DNA of 64,000 nt from Candidatus Cloacimonadota bacterium. GTDB taxonomy: Bacteria > Cloacimonadota > Cloacimonadia > Cloacimonadales > TCS61. Under the pieces are notes generated by a model that worked only from the letters and a program-made list of their open reading frames with translations, ran no database searches and had not been told where the DNA came from. Positions within the stretch are counted from its first letter, which is position 1, and each line of letters opens with the position of its first letter. The DNA lies in NCBI GenBank assembly GCA_030621085.1, contig JAUXIJ010000004.1, positions 8,830 through 72,829 of the forward strand. The letters are read 5' to 3'. Positions 45,920-55,675 of the stretch are shown piece after piece. The position numbers were made by a program, and so were the translations under genes.

Positions 45920-48025
45920 TTATTTCAACAATATCATTTTCCTGGTTTGTGAAAACTCACCTGCATCCAATTTATAGAAATAAATTCCTGAACTAACCAG
46001 TTGATTATTTTCATCAGTGCCATCCCAGACAATTGAAGATTGATTATTGAATATTGAAAATTGTTTAATTTTCTGACCTTTGATATTGTAGATTACAAGC
46101 TCCGTGTCCTTTGCGTTCTCTGCAGTGAAATTAAATGAGATTGTTGTGGTTGGATTGAAGGGATTGGGATAATTATACAGATATGATCCACATGGATTAA
46201 TTTCGTTTTCTTCAGACTCCAATAATCCATCTAATGACATCACTGCAAAACCACTTCTACTATTACCTGTAAGTAGATAGTCATCAACTAATATCATCTT
46301 AATAATTCGTCTGCAGCCACGATAATTATTTACTAAAACGGGAACAGTGGGATTTGAAATGTCATATATAAACAGCTCATTCCAACTTGCATCAGCAATT
46401 ATTAGATCATTACCGTCTATTATAACTGGAGCAGTAAATTCAGAATCTTCGTGGGGCTGAATAGAAGTAATAAACATAATGGAAGCAGGATTTGTTATAT
46501 CCAACAAGATAACTCCACTTTCAGCGGAAACATAAAGAATATTATCATTTATTTTCATCCCACCCACAAATCCGTCTATAGAATAAAACTCAACCAACTC
46601 CGGATTTTCAGGATCTGTGAGATTAATAATTTTGATTCCCTGCTGAGAGATTGCATAATATACAAATCCATCTTTTGCTTCCTCAGCCGTTTTCAAACCA
46701 ATATCGGAATATCCGCTAATTTCAGATATTTCAAATGGGCTAACGATTGAATAGAATTTAATTTCAGAATAATCGAAATCAATAAGTATATCTTCCATAG
46801 TTAATAAGATATCGCCACCTGGAATTGATTCAAAGGTATTCAGTAATTCAGGTTCAAGAGGATTGGATAAATCATAAGAATAGATATTAAACCAATCTTT
46901 TGCAAACAAAACATCATTCCATAATGTAAAACTTTCTAATTGTTCTTCAGCATTGGGAAATGGCAGATAAATTGGATCTTCCAAATCCGAAACATCAACA
47001 ATTCCAGCCATTTCATTGTAGTCAAAACCAAAATATACAGCGTTCTCAAAGTGATCCATATCGTCCGGAATAATTGGTAATTCACAACTACCAATGCACT
47101 TTTCTTCCAAAGGATCAGAAAGATCTATTATTTGCATTCCTTCCCATGTTGTAACATCAAAAGCGATCCTATCAGAAACCATAAAACCTTCAATATTTGA
47201 CCAACTATCATACATTCCCAATGGAGAAAGTTCAAAATCATCATTGATTTGGAATACATCTATACCTGTTCCACGCGTATATAGTATATTTTCTTCTACA
47301 GAAAGTGGTCTGCCAACTCCTTCCAGAGATGATAACTGTACCGGCTCCAAAGGATTGCTGATATCGAATATGTTGATAAAGTTTTGCTCTGCATTAATGT
47401 ACAATTGCTCTTCATTTATGATAAAATAATCTGTATATGATGGGAGTTCACCAACCTGTGTGATATTATTAATATCTTCAATATTGAATATATGTAAACC
47501 ACATTCGAAATACTGAACATAAGCAGCAGGCCAAACAACATCAATGAGAATCGACCTCCAAAACTCTTCGTAATGTGCTTCGATAATTGGTGATTGTGGA
47601 TTGGATACATCTACAAAATATAGACCTCCCTGACCACAAGCAGCATACAACATATCATTTTTTACTGAAAGAGACACGCACCAATAAGTCACAGGAATCA
47701 TAGAAAGATGAATAGGATTTTCAGGATTTGAGACGTCAAAAATATCAATACGACCACCACCGCCTATGTAAGCAATATCATCCTGTACAACAATATCCTG
47801 AGCTTGGGAATACATAGTTGTTGTGGAAATCAATTCCGGGTTTTCAGGATTACTGACATCTAATATACTCATTATATCCAACTCTAATAAATACAAATTA
47901 TCGCCAATTAATTCTCCATCAACTGAGATATATTCAGCAGGATAATGCCCGATTTTATGGTAAACTGCTTCAGTATTTGAAAATAAGATAAGTAGAGTAA
48001 AAATTAATACTGTTGCTTTTTTCAT
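45920..48025 (-). CDS. LVIVD-repeat beta-propeller protein with a T9SS sorting domain.
   Basis: There are at least 8 repeats of the type ...IFDVSNPENP / FVDVSNPQSP / IFDISNPLEP / IINLTDPENP / IYDISNPTVP. The CTD is NYPNPFNPTTTISF...IYNIKGQK...GIYFYKL...MILLK. Confidence 0.75.
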   Translation of the reverse strand: MKKATVLIFTLLILFSNTEAVYHKIGHYPAEYISVDGELIGDNLYLLELDIMSILDVSNPENPELISTTTMYSQAQDIVVQDDIAYIGGGGRIDIFDVSNPENPIHLSMIPVTYWCVSLSVKNDMLYAACGQGGLYFVDVSNPQSPIIEAHYEEFWRSILIDVVWPAAYVQYFECGLHIFNIEDINNITQVGELPSYTDYFIINEEQLYINAEQNFINIFDISNPLEPVQLSSLEGVGRPLSVEENILYTRGTGIDVFQINDDFELSPLGMYDSWSNIEGFMVSDRIAFDVTTWEGMQIIDLSDPLEEKCIGSCELPIIPDDMDHFENAVYFGFDYNEMAGIVDVSDLEDPIYLPFPNAEEQLESFTLWNDVLFAKDWFNIYSYDLSNPLEPELLNTFESIPGGDILLTMEDILIDFDYSEIKFYSIVSPFEISEISGYSDIGLKTAEEAKDGFVYYAISQQGIKIINLTDPENPELVEFYSIDGFVGGMKINDNILYVSAESGVILLDITNPASIMFITSIQPHEDSEFTAPVIIDGNDLIIADASWNELFIYDISNPTVPVLVNNYRGCRRIIKMILVDDYLLTGNSRSGFAVMSLDGLLESEENEINPCGSYLYNYPNPFNPTTTISFNFTAENAKDTELVIYNIKGQKIKQFSIFNNQSSIVWDGTDENNQLVSSGIYFYKLDAGEFSQTRKMILLK

Positions 48026-48038
48026 TTTTTCCTTCCTC

Positions 48039-49391
48039 CTATTTCAATAACAAACATTTCTTCATTGCAACAGATGTTCCATCTACTCTTAATTGATAAA
48101 AATAAATTCCTGAACTAACAGGTTCATTGTTTTCATCAGTACCATTCCAAATAACTGATTGCTGACCTCTGAAAGCTGAAAGCTGCTTTACCTTCTGACC
48201 TTTGATATTATAGATATCAATCTCTGCGTCCTTTGTGTTCTCTGCGGTGAGATTAAATGTAATCGTTGTGCTGGGATTGAACGGGTTAGGATAATTGGTT
48301 AGTTGGTAATCGGTGCTGGGTAATTGGTTTTGGGTGATGCCAACCTGCGGTTCTCCAAGAGGATTTTCATAAGCTCCCATATCCGGCATTGAACCTGCAG
48401 GATCGGGACGTGGATTTCCCTCGATATCGAATAAAGGTGCATAATACCAGGTTCCATTTATTTCAATCTCATCGATTCCTGCTCCAATGCAGGGACTTGT
48501 ATCTTGAAGGTGGAAATCTCCTTCAACAGGATTTATGAATAATGGGTCAGAATCTATGTTGCCCTCAAGCCAGTAAATAGTACCAATATTATTTGTAACA
48601 ATACCTAATTCACCACCTTCAACAATAGAATATGATATTGTAATCGAAGAATTCCCGCCATATTCATAAAAACAAATTTCTTCTGGAGAATTATTCCATA
48701 AAATAGAATTTATGCAAACTACATTTTCCACATAATTAGATAAGTAGATTCCTCCACCTGCATCAGCAAAATTATTAGTAATTGTAACGTTAGTTAAAAC
48801 TGGTATTATGCCAGTTGAAATAGAAGAAAAACATATTCCTCCCCCAGAATGAGCAATATTATCTGTAATTACTGTATTTGTTATTTTTGAATTAAAATCA
48901 CCAATAATAAATATACCCCCACCTCTTGCATAAAATACCCCAAGATGATCTAATAGAAAGTTACCTTTAATGATTAAATTTCTTAGTGTTGGACTGGAAG
49001 AATCACAATAAATTCCCCCTCCATTATAATAATTCATACCTCCTGCATACGAATATTTACCACTTCCATTTGTTATTGTAAAGCCACATAAAACTGCTGT
49101 GGAATCTTCACCATTAATGAAAGTAACCACACTTCCATTTTGGTCTCCATCTATAATCGTTTGGGAAATATATGAACTATCCTGTGTTACATAAAATAAT
49201 GAAGCAACTGCGATGTTCTTACCATTATAATTTATGTCTTCAACATAAGTTCCGGGATGAACAAGCACTGTATCACCATCTACAGCAACGTTAATTCCTT
49301 CTTGTATTGTCGGTTGGTCGCCAGGAATATTTATAATTAATGCATTTATTAAAATAGGGGGAAAAAGAAGAAAGATTATTATTTTTTTCAT
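48039..49391 (-). CDS. Right-handed parallel beta-helix protein with a T9SS sorting domain.
   Basis: IPGDQPTIQEGINVAVDGDTVLVHPGTYVEDINYNGKNI, then GGGIY/GGGIF/GGGIC turns. The segment EGNIDSDPLFINP.EGDFHLQDTSPCIGAG...GNPRPDP.GSMPDMGAYENPLGEPQV is shared with the 980-aa protein. A CTD is present. Confidence 0.75.
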   Translation of the reverse strand: MKKIIIFLLFPPILINALIINIPGDQPTIQEGINVAVDGDTVLVHPGTYVEDINYNGKNIAVASLFYVTQDSSYISQTIIDGDQNGSVVTFINGEDSTAVLCGFTITNGSGKYSYAGGMNYYNGGGIYCDSSSPTLRNLIIKGNFLLDHLGVFYARGGGIFIIGDFNSKITNTVITDNIAHSGGGICFSSISTGIIPVLTNVTITNNFADAGGGIYLSNYVENVVCINSILWNNSPEEICFYEYGGNSSITISYSIVEGGELGIVTNNIGTIYWLEGNIDSDPLFINPVEGDFHLQDTSPCIGAGIDEIEINGTWYYAPLFDIEGNPRPDPAGSMPDMGAYENPLGEPQVGITQNQLPSTDYQLTNYPNPFNPSTTITFNLTAENTKDAEIDIYNIKGQKVKQLSAFRGQQSVIWNGTDENNEPVSSGIYFYQLRVDGTSVAMKKCLLLK

Positions 49392-49404
49392 TGATATCTC
49401 CTTT

Positions 49405-50892
49405 TTATTTTATCAATACCATTTTCTTCATTGTAATATTTTCTTGAACTTTCAATTTATAGAAATAAACTCCCGAACTTACAGGTTGGTTGTTTTCATC
49501 AGTGCCATCCCACACAGCTAAGCTCGTTCCCAAACTCCCGTTTGGGAATGCATTTAAAGCTTTTACCTTTTGTCCTTTCATATTATAAATTTCAAGAGTC
49601 ACAAACGAGGACGTTTGCGCTACATTAAACGAGATCGTGGTTGTTGGGTTGAAAGGGTTGGGGTAGTTTCTCAATTGAAAACCACTCACCGATAATTGAT
49701 TATCTTCAATTTCTGTAGTATTTATAATTGTTTCTTCCACGAATTCATATCCATTGTCACTGAAACGGAAAGTAGCTTCCTCCCAATTTGTCAGGGGTAT
49801 TTCCGTAATAAAATTTACAGGTACATAATAATCGAAAGAGGTTGGAAGTATGGGATACATTGAGCCTTCAATTTCAACTTCGGCAACTATGGGAAAATGT
49901 CCGTTCTCATCAAAATACGTGCAGGTGAAGGTTGTAAATCCTCCCGAAATATTATAATTAAGATCGGAAATTTCAGGTAATACATTAGTAAACAGCTCAA
50001 TGATATATTGATCGATATTCTGCAATGAGGGTTTGGAGAAATCTGTCATCAGAAAATCCATAGGAAGAGAATATTTAGCGGTAATCATTTCTAATCCAAT
50101 GGAATTGGTCATATTGGGCCAATCGCCAAAAAATTCATCGCTGGTAAGCGTTTCGATATCGCAAGCCATTACCAGGGTCGTATCGATCACCTGGGTTTCA
50201 ATACTTCCGATCATTTCAAATGTTCCCAAACTGAATTCTGTTCCTGTTATCCGATATAAACCAGGACTTAATAAAAACGAAATATCTGCATAGATCATGG
50301 CGTAAACAACTGAATCGATGAGCACGGTTTCCGGATTTAGAATAGTAGTTACATAAAAATAATATGTGTCAGGGAACATACCACCACAATCTAAAGGAAA
50401 ATCTCCTGAATCATTTGTGAGTCCTCCGTAAAACCTGCTGTCCGAATAGCCAAAATAGTTTCCGGTAATATCAAGATTGGGACAAGCCGGATCAAGAACA
50501 TCTCCAGTAGTATCTGCCGCAACATAACTTAGTTCTTCCACTGCAGGAGGAAAAACATCATCCGGAATGTAAGCAGGCATCATTCCCACCAAAGTATCGG
50601 TATCTGTCTTAAATCGACAGAATTGTGTTTCGCTGGGAAGTCCGGGAATAATTCCTTCATAAGTTAAACCCATAAAATTCAGCATCTCTACAGATTCCCA
50701 GCCGCTTTCGGTGGAATAGAACAACTCGGTTTCAATTCCGGGAAGTTCGATAGTTTCACACCTGATATGAAGTTCGTTATCGATAGTGAAAGAACTGTTT
50801 CTTATATTATTCCAGAACGTTAGCTCCGGTATCTGGGCAAAGGCAGTAATTGCCATTAATATCAATACAAACATAAAGATCACTTTCTTCAT
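49405..50892 (-). CDS. Hypothetical secreted protein with a T9SS sorting domain.
   Basis: Signal peptide (AFAQ). The passenger domain is unassigned. The CTD is NYPNPFNPTTTISF...IYNMKGQK...GVYFYKL...MVLIK. Confidence 0.7.
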   Translation of the reverse strand: MKKVIFMFVLILMAITAFAQIPELTFWNNIRNSSFTIDNELHIRCETIELPGIETELFYSTESGWESVEMLNFMGLTYEGIIPGLPSETQFCRFKTDTDTLVGMMPAYIPDDVFPPAVEELSYVAADTTGDVLDPACPNLDITGNYFGYSDSRFYGGLTNDSGDFPLDCGGMFPDTYYFYVTTILNPETVLIDSVVYAMIYADISFLLSPGLYRITGTEFSLGTFEMIGSIETQVIDTTLVMACDIETLTSDEFFGDWPNMTNSIGLEMITAKYSLPMDFLMTDFSKPSLQNIDQYIIELFTNVLPEISDLNYNISGGFTTFTCTYFDENGHFPIVAEVEIEGSMYPILPTSFDYYVPVNFITEIPLTNWEEATFRFSDNGYEFVEETIINTTEIEDNQLSVSGFQLRNYPNPFNPTTTISFNVAQTSSFVTLEIYNMKGQKVKALNAFPNGSLGTSLAVWDGTDENNQPVSSGVYFYKLKVQENITMKKMVLIK

Positions 50893-51131
50893 TATGCAGC
50901 TCCTGATCTTGAAAAATATTTACTATGTAAATTTCAAAAATTGTAAATTAGCCGTCAAGTTTTCCCTTTAGAAAGCGAATTCTTGACAAAAAACGACAGC
51001 ATCGATTTCTTTCAGGAGAGATTTATCGGAGGGTTCATGGATAAGATCCAGATCAAAAGAACTTTAGGGACAGAGAAAGAGGATTAGCAGGAGTTGAAAA
51101 ATGAAACTTAGCATTGGAAAAAGGATTCTAA

Positions 51132-52370
51132 ATGCCTTCTAAGGATAATATTTTTACAGTTTCGGAAGTTAATAAACACATCAAGAATGTGATCGAATCG
51201 AATATTCCTAATCTTTTTGTTGAAGGTGAGATAGCCAACTTTACTAAACACAGTTCAGGTCATATCTATTTTTCTTTGAAAGATGAAAAAAGTTCTCTGC
51301 GATGCGTATTCTTTAAAACTTACAATAAGTATGTAGTATTCAACCCGAAAGACGGAGATAAAGTAGTTTGTGGTGGAAAGATATCTGTTTTTGAAAAAGG
51401 CGGCAGTTACCAGTTGAACGTTTCACGTATGGTTTTATCCGGTGTGGGAGAGTTACAACGAAAATTCGATGAACTGAAACAGAAACTTTCTGACGAAGGA
51501 TTATTCGATGAAGAATTCAAGAAACCTATTCCCGACTTTCCCGAAACTATCGGGGTTGTTACTTCACCTACAGGTGCAGCTATTCAAGATATTCGTAATG
51601 TGATTTCCCGTAGATTTCCTGTAAAAATATATCTCTATCCCGCCACAGTTCAAGGAGATATTGCACCCTTGCAGATAATTTCCGGGATCGAATATTTTAA
51701 TTCTCATCATCCTGTCGATATGCTTATCATCGGGCGGGGAGGTGGTTCGCAGGAAGACCTTTTCTGCTTCAATGATGAAAACCTGGCACGCGCTATCTTT
51801 GCTTCTGGAATTCCTGTGATTTCTGCTGTTGGTCACGAGATCGATTTTACAATCTCCGATTTTGTTGCGGACCTGAGAGCTCCCACGCCTTCGGCTGCAG
51901 CAGAACTGGCTGTCCCCGATAGAGTAGATCTTTTAAATCAATTAACCGGTCTTACGAGTTCGATGCAATATGCCACGCAAGAACATTTCTTTTCACGGAA
52001 AATGGAGATCCAGGAATTGGAATTATCGCTTCAGCAATTTCATCCTCAAACCATCCTGAATAACCTTTGGCAGCGCTACAAAGAAGCTGTTCTAAAAATG
52101 GAACACAACCTGAAACAATTGTTGAAAGATAAAAAGAACCAACTGGCAATCGTGATTAACGAACTGCGTGAACTTTCACCTCAGGAAGCATTGAAGCGGG
52201 GTTACAGTTTTATTCGTAAAGAGAAAAAAATATTAAATTCGATAGAAAAAATAGCAGTTAATGAAGAGTTGGAACTTATTCTTTCTGACGGAAAATTAAT
52301 AACAAAAGTTAAGAATATAAAAAGAAACGGTTTACCGGGAAAAAAGAAAAAGGATTCATTCGATGTATAA
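51132..52370 (+). CDS. xseA: Exodeoxyribonuclease VII large subunit.
   Basis: The OB-fold start is FTVSEVNKHIKNVIES...VEGEIANFTKHSSGHIYFSLKD. Other motifs are GVVTSPTGAAIQDI, IIGRGGGSQEDL, ISAVGHEIDFTISDFVAD and APTPSAAAE. Confidence 0.9.
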   Translation: MPSKDNIFTVSEVNKHIKNVIESNIPNLFVEGEIANFTKHSSGHIYFSLKDEKSSLRCVFFKTYNKYVVFNPKDGDKVVCGGKISVFEKGGSYQLNVSRMVLSGVGELQRKFDELKQKLSDEGLFDEEFKKPIPDFPETIGVVTSPTGAAIQDIRNVISRRFPVKIYLYPATVQGDIAPLQIISGIEYFNSHHPVDMLIIGRGGGSQEDLFCFNDENLARAIFASGIPVISAVGHEIDFTISDFVADLRAPTPSAAAELAVPDRVDLLNQLTGLTSSMQYATQEHFFSRKMEIQELELSLQQFHPQTILNNLWQRYKEAVLKMEHNLKQLLKDKKNQLAIVINELRELSPQEALKRGYSFIRKEKKILNSIEKIAVNEELELILSDGKLITKVKNIKRNGLPGKKKKDSFDV

Positions 52371-53436
52371 GCTCACTGTAATTATAACCCTGTTACTAAT
52401 TATTTTTTCTACTTCATTGTTTGGCAGCATCCGAGCAGTATGGGTACCGTTGTGGGAGATCACAACGCTGGAAAAAGCAGACACGATCTTTTGTGAGTTA
52501 TCAAAGCACAATGTAAACCAGATACTCTTACAAGTTCGTTATCGCGGTGATGCAGGTTATTTTCCAAACAGGTATAATAATTTCTTTCCTAATCCCGAAA
52601 AGAGATATCATGCATTGAAAGATTCGCTTTTCGATCCTCTCGATTATTTCATAAAAAAAGGGAGAGCTGCCGATATCGAAGTACATGCATGGTTTACGGT
52701 TTTTGTGATCACCGGTCACGATCTTACGGTCTTCGATTCCACTCACGTTTATTTTTCTAATCCCCATTGGGTAACTACCGATTATTCCCAAACACCCATG
52801 AACTATGAACTATTGGAAGGTGCTTATTTCGATCCGGGAATTCCTGAAGTTCAGGATTACACTTTCAATGTGCTGATGGATATCGTGGCAAATTACGATA
52901 TTGATGGGATTCACCTGGATTACATCCGCTATCCGGGACAGGACTACGGTTATAACAAACTGGCAGTGGAAAAATATAAACAGGATATAGAATTGCAGGA
53001 TGCAAAAAACTGGCAGAACTGGAAAGAGAAGCAGGTAAGCAATTTTGTGCAGAAAGTTTATAATAAGGTCAAAGCTGTTTCGGAACATCTGCAGGTTACA
53101 GCGGCGGTACTCACCGATCCCGATGATGCACAGGAATTCTATTCACAGAACTGGCTTGAATGGCTGGAGCAGGGATTTATAGATAAGGTTTACCTGATGG
53201 CTTACACTACTTCTACTTCTTCATTGGAAAAAAAACTTACATACCTTTCCAACCTGGATATGAATGATAAAATTGTGGTGGGCTTAAGAAGCTGGAGTGA
53301 ATCTAAGAAATATCCGGCTTATGAGATCAATAAAAAGATCATGCTTTCCAAAAAAATGGATTTCGCCGGTTATGCCCTTTTCAGCTATTCCGGAATAAGG
53401 CAATCGGAATATTTTAAAGAACTGAAAATGAAATAA
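52363..53436 (+). CDS. Glycoside-hydrolase-like family 10 (GHL10/DUF187, YngK-like) protein.
   Basis: Signal peptide. Motifs are RAVWVP, QVRYRGDAGYFPN, HAWF, GIHLDYIRYP and W...QVSNFV. It overlaps the xseA 3' end by 8 nt. Confidence 0.8.
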   Translation: MYKLTVIITLLLIIFSTSLFGSIRAVWVPLWEITTLEKADTIFCELSKHNVNQILLQVRYRGDAGYFPNRYNNFFPNPEKRYHALKDSLFDPLDYFIKKGRAADIEVHAWFTVFVITGHDLTVFDSTHVYFSNPHWVTTDYSQTPMNYELLEGAYFDPGIPEVQDYTFNVLMDIVANYDIDGIHLDYIRYPGQDYGYNKLAVEKYKQDIELQDAKNWQNWKEKQVSNFVQKVYNKVKAVSEHLQVTAAVLTDPDDAQEFYSQNWLEWLEQGFIDKVYLMAYTTSTSSLEKKLTYLSNLDMNDKIVVGLRSWSESKKYPAYEINKKIMLSKKMDFAGYALFSYSGIRQSEYFKELKMK

Positions 53437-53552
53437 GGAACTCACCCCCAGCCCCTCTCTTTTGCAAAAAGAGGGGAAAACTGAAAGCTGTGAGACGCCA
53501 TTTTTAGCTTGTAGTATTAATCGAACCTAAGTCGGGTTAGAAAGGAGACATT

Positions 53553-53819
53553 ATGCGTGTTGATCAATTATTGAATAAACTCTGCCTGGTGAAAACCCGC
53601 AGTATAGCCAAAAAGGCTTGCGATAAGAACCTGGTAAAAATAAACGATAAAATATCCAAAGCAAGTGCAAGTGTAAATGATGGAGATATCATAGAATACA
53701 AACTTTACGGGTATTTTAATAAACTGCGAATAACAACTGTTCCCAAGGGGAATGTATCGAAAAATAATGCTCCTGAATTTTATGAGATCTTGGAACGGGA
53801 AAAATTGGAGATAGAATAA
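53553..53819 (+). CDS. S4-domain RNA-binding protein (Hsp15/YlmH-like small protein).
   Basis: MRVDQLLNKLCLVKTRSIAKKACDKNLVKINDK..KASASVNDGDII follows the S4 alpha-L motif pattern. Confidence 0.7.
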   Translation: MRVDQLLNKLCLVKTRSIAKKACDKNLVKINDKISKASASVNDGDIIEYKLYGYFNKLRITTVPKGNVSKNNAPEFYEILEREKLEIE

Positions 53820-53821
53820 AA

Positions 53822-53843
53822 ACGCCCGATTTTCATCGGGCGT
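53822..53843. terminator. Bidirectional rho-independent terminator between convergent genes.
   Basis: A GC-rich stem ACGCCCGAT/ATCGGGCGT is flanked by an A-run on the left and by TTTTTAT on the minus-strand side. It is strongest for the minus-strand lipoprotein gene. Confidence 0.7.
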
Positions 53844-53865
53844 AAAAGTAATTTTAAGCTCTTTC

Positions 53866-54414
53866 TTATTCGTCGTATTTTTCAATTTCTTTATCCAGCT
53901 CACCAAATGCTTGTGAAGCTTTGAATTGATTGTAAAGAGCTTCTTCGTTCTTGATCTGGTTCATCATGTTTTTGTTAACAGCTTCTTTGGGAACGCTTAC
54001 GCGTACAAAAGTCTGAAAACGATTATCTTCATTTACGATAGTTTCCTGCTTTGTTACCATCACATTAGTAAACTTGGCGTTGGCAACAGCTTTAACCACT
54101 TTACTGGTAAGCGCCAGAACCTGCGGATCATTAACTCCAGCTTCTTCCTCATAATTTTTAACCATACCTTTCACATAAGTTTCTACATATTGAGCAGCTT
54201 GCAGCATGGCATTTGCATAAGCGGCATCGTAAGATGAATTCTGAGAAACTTTGGTTGCCATTCCATAAGTTTGAACGTACTCTGCGTTATCCTGCTTTTG
54301 CCACCAATCCGGATAATACACTTTTTTTACACCCTTTGGACCGCCTTTCCCGCCGCAGGCGGTGATAACAAATGCAACGATCAATAACAATGCAATGATC
54401 TTAAATACTCTCAT
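53866..54414 (-). CDS. Hypothetical lipoprotein.
   Basis: Lipobox FVITAC plus a Gly/Lys linker, then a helical soluble domain. Confidence 0.6.
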   Translation of the reverse strand: MRVFKIIALLLIVAFVITACGGKGGPKGVKKVYYPDWWQKQDNAEYVQTYGMATKVSQNSSYDAAYANAMLQAAQYVETYVKGMVKNYEEEAGVNDPQVLALTSKVVKAVANAKFTNVMVTKQETIVNEDNRFQTFVRVSVPKEAVNKNMMNQIKNEEALYNQFKASQAFGELDKEIEKYDE

Positions 54415-54425
54415 ACTTCCTCCTT

Positions 54426-55586
54426 TTATTGAATATTTCTTTCATTTTTCACGAAATCAATTTCATTAATTTGAATAATTTCGTGTATTTCATTAATTCT
54501 AAACACATGCCAGCAATTGCCCCGAATATTTTGAGGTACATCAAAACTGGCAAGTAATTTATTTTGTTCATATACTTGCACAAGGGCATTACTGCGAGAA
54601 AGGTATTTGCTTCTTTTCTTCTTTTTGTTGGAATAATCATATACGGAATAATAATAATCACCTGTTGCAGGCTTGTAAATGGTAATAGTTTCGGGACCAT
54701 ATTTATCTGTATCATCTCTATCCAGGAAGTCTTTTCCGGCAATCAGGATCTTGTTTCGATACCAGATATGGAAATCTCCACCATCAGGATTGGGACCACT
54801 GAGATGTGCATCAAGATCGCGTGGTCTGCTGCCCCAGGTGAGCACAATTCGGAATTCTTTGATCTCGGGAGATAAAGCACAAATAACTTCTCGTGGTGTT
54901 TCGTCGGCTCCCATCCTGGTGGCTACCGTCATACCTATAAAACCTTCTTTTGTTACACTCAGCGTATATTGCCCTACCTCGACATCAAATATAAAAATTC
55001 CTGTTTCATCGGTTTTATCTATACTGGTATCATGCATATAATCTTCAATGCTGATACCGGCACCAGCAAGAGGTTCACCTGTAACTGCATTTACCACTCT
55101 ACCCACAATGATTCGGGATTTGGGATAGAATTTTATTTCACGATCAACTTCACCGGTGGAAGCATCTAAAGTAAACACTTTACATGCCAATCCTGCTCCA
55201 TCGGGAATTTTGATCAGGTCTATCAGGTTTTTTCCTTTATAAATGGAAATCATTGGTTTGGAACGGGCTATTAAAGTAGGATCGATATTCATATCATCAT
55301 CGGCAAATTTATCTTTTATCCAGAAAGTGAAATACCCTTCATCTGATTTCACTTTGAAGACCTGTTTGGAATCCATAGACATACCTTCACCCACGGAGAT
55401 CAGCTTTCCGTTCAATACTTCCTGTGCTCCACCGCCGCTTACAAAAGCGTGCTCTTTTCCTATAGAACCACTCATGAATCCGTTACATTCACCTTCAAAC
55501 TCGTCCCAGGCAAGATTTATCTGGTATTCAATTGCATATAATTGGCTGAAAAATAAGATTGTTAACAATAATATCAACTTTTTCAT
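54426..55586 (-). CDS. Secreted protein with a carboxypeptidase-regulatory-like (CarboxypepD_reg) domain.
   Basis: Signal peptide. GRVVNAVTGEPLAGAGISIED...TDETGIFIFDVEVGQYTLSVTKEGF is the typical Ig-like CarboxypepD_reg pattern. Confidence 0.6.
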   Translation of the reverse strand: MKKLILLLTILFFSQLYAIEYQINLAWDEFEGECNGFMSGSIGKEHAFVSGGGAQEVLNGKLISVGEGMSMDSKQVFKVKSDEGYFTFWIKDKFADDDMNIDPTLIARSKPMISIYKGKNLIDLIKIPDGAGLACKVFTLDASTGEVDREIKFYPKSRIIVGRVVNAVTGEPLAGAGISIEDYMHDTSIDKTDETGIFIFDVEVGQYTLSVTKEGFIGMTVATRMGADETPREVICALSPEIKEFRIVLTWGSRPRDLDAHLSGPNPDGGDFHIWYRNKILIAGKDFLDRDDTDKYGPETITIYKPATGDYYYSVYDYSNKKKKRSKYLSRSNALVQVYEQNKLLASFDVPQNIRGNCWHVFRINEIHEIIQINEIDFVKNERNIQ

Positions 55587-55675
55587 TAAAACTCCTGCAA
55601 CAAGAAATCAGATTTTTCAATTTCATCGTCAAGTAAAATGTTCTCAATTGATATTAAGATCAGTGATGATTTAAT

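Noticed and set aside
42945-50892. Regularly recurring ~80-100 bp similar segments (…AACTATCCCAATCCGTTCAATCC…, …ATATTATAGAT…) that could suggest a CRISPR-like or other non-coding repeat array.
   Set aside because: They are the coding sequence of T9SS C-terminal sorting domains at the 3' ends of separate genes. They are spaced kilobases apart and are not short, regularly spaced repeats.
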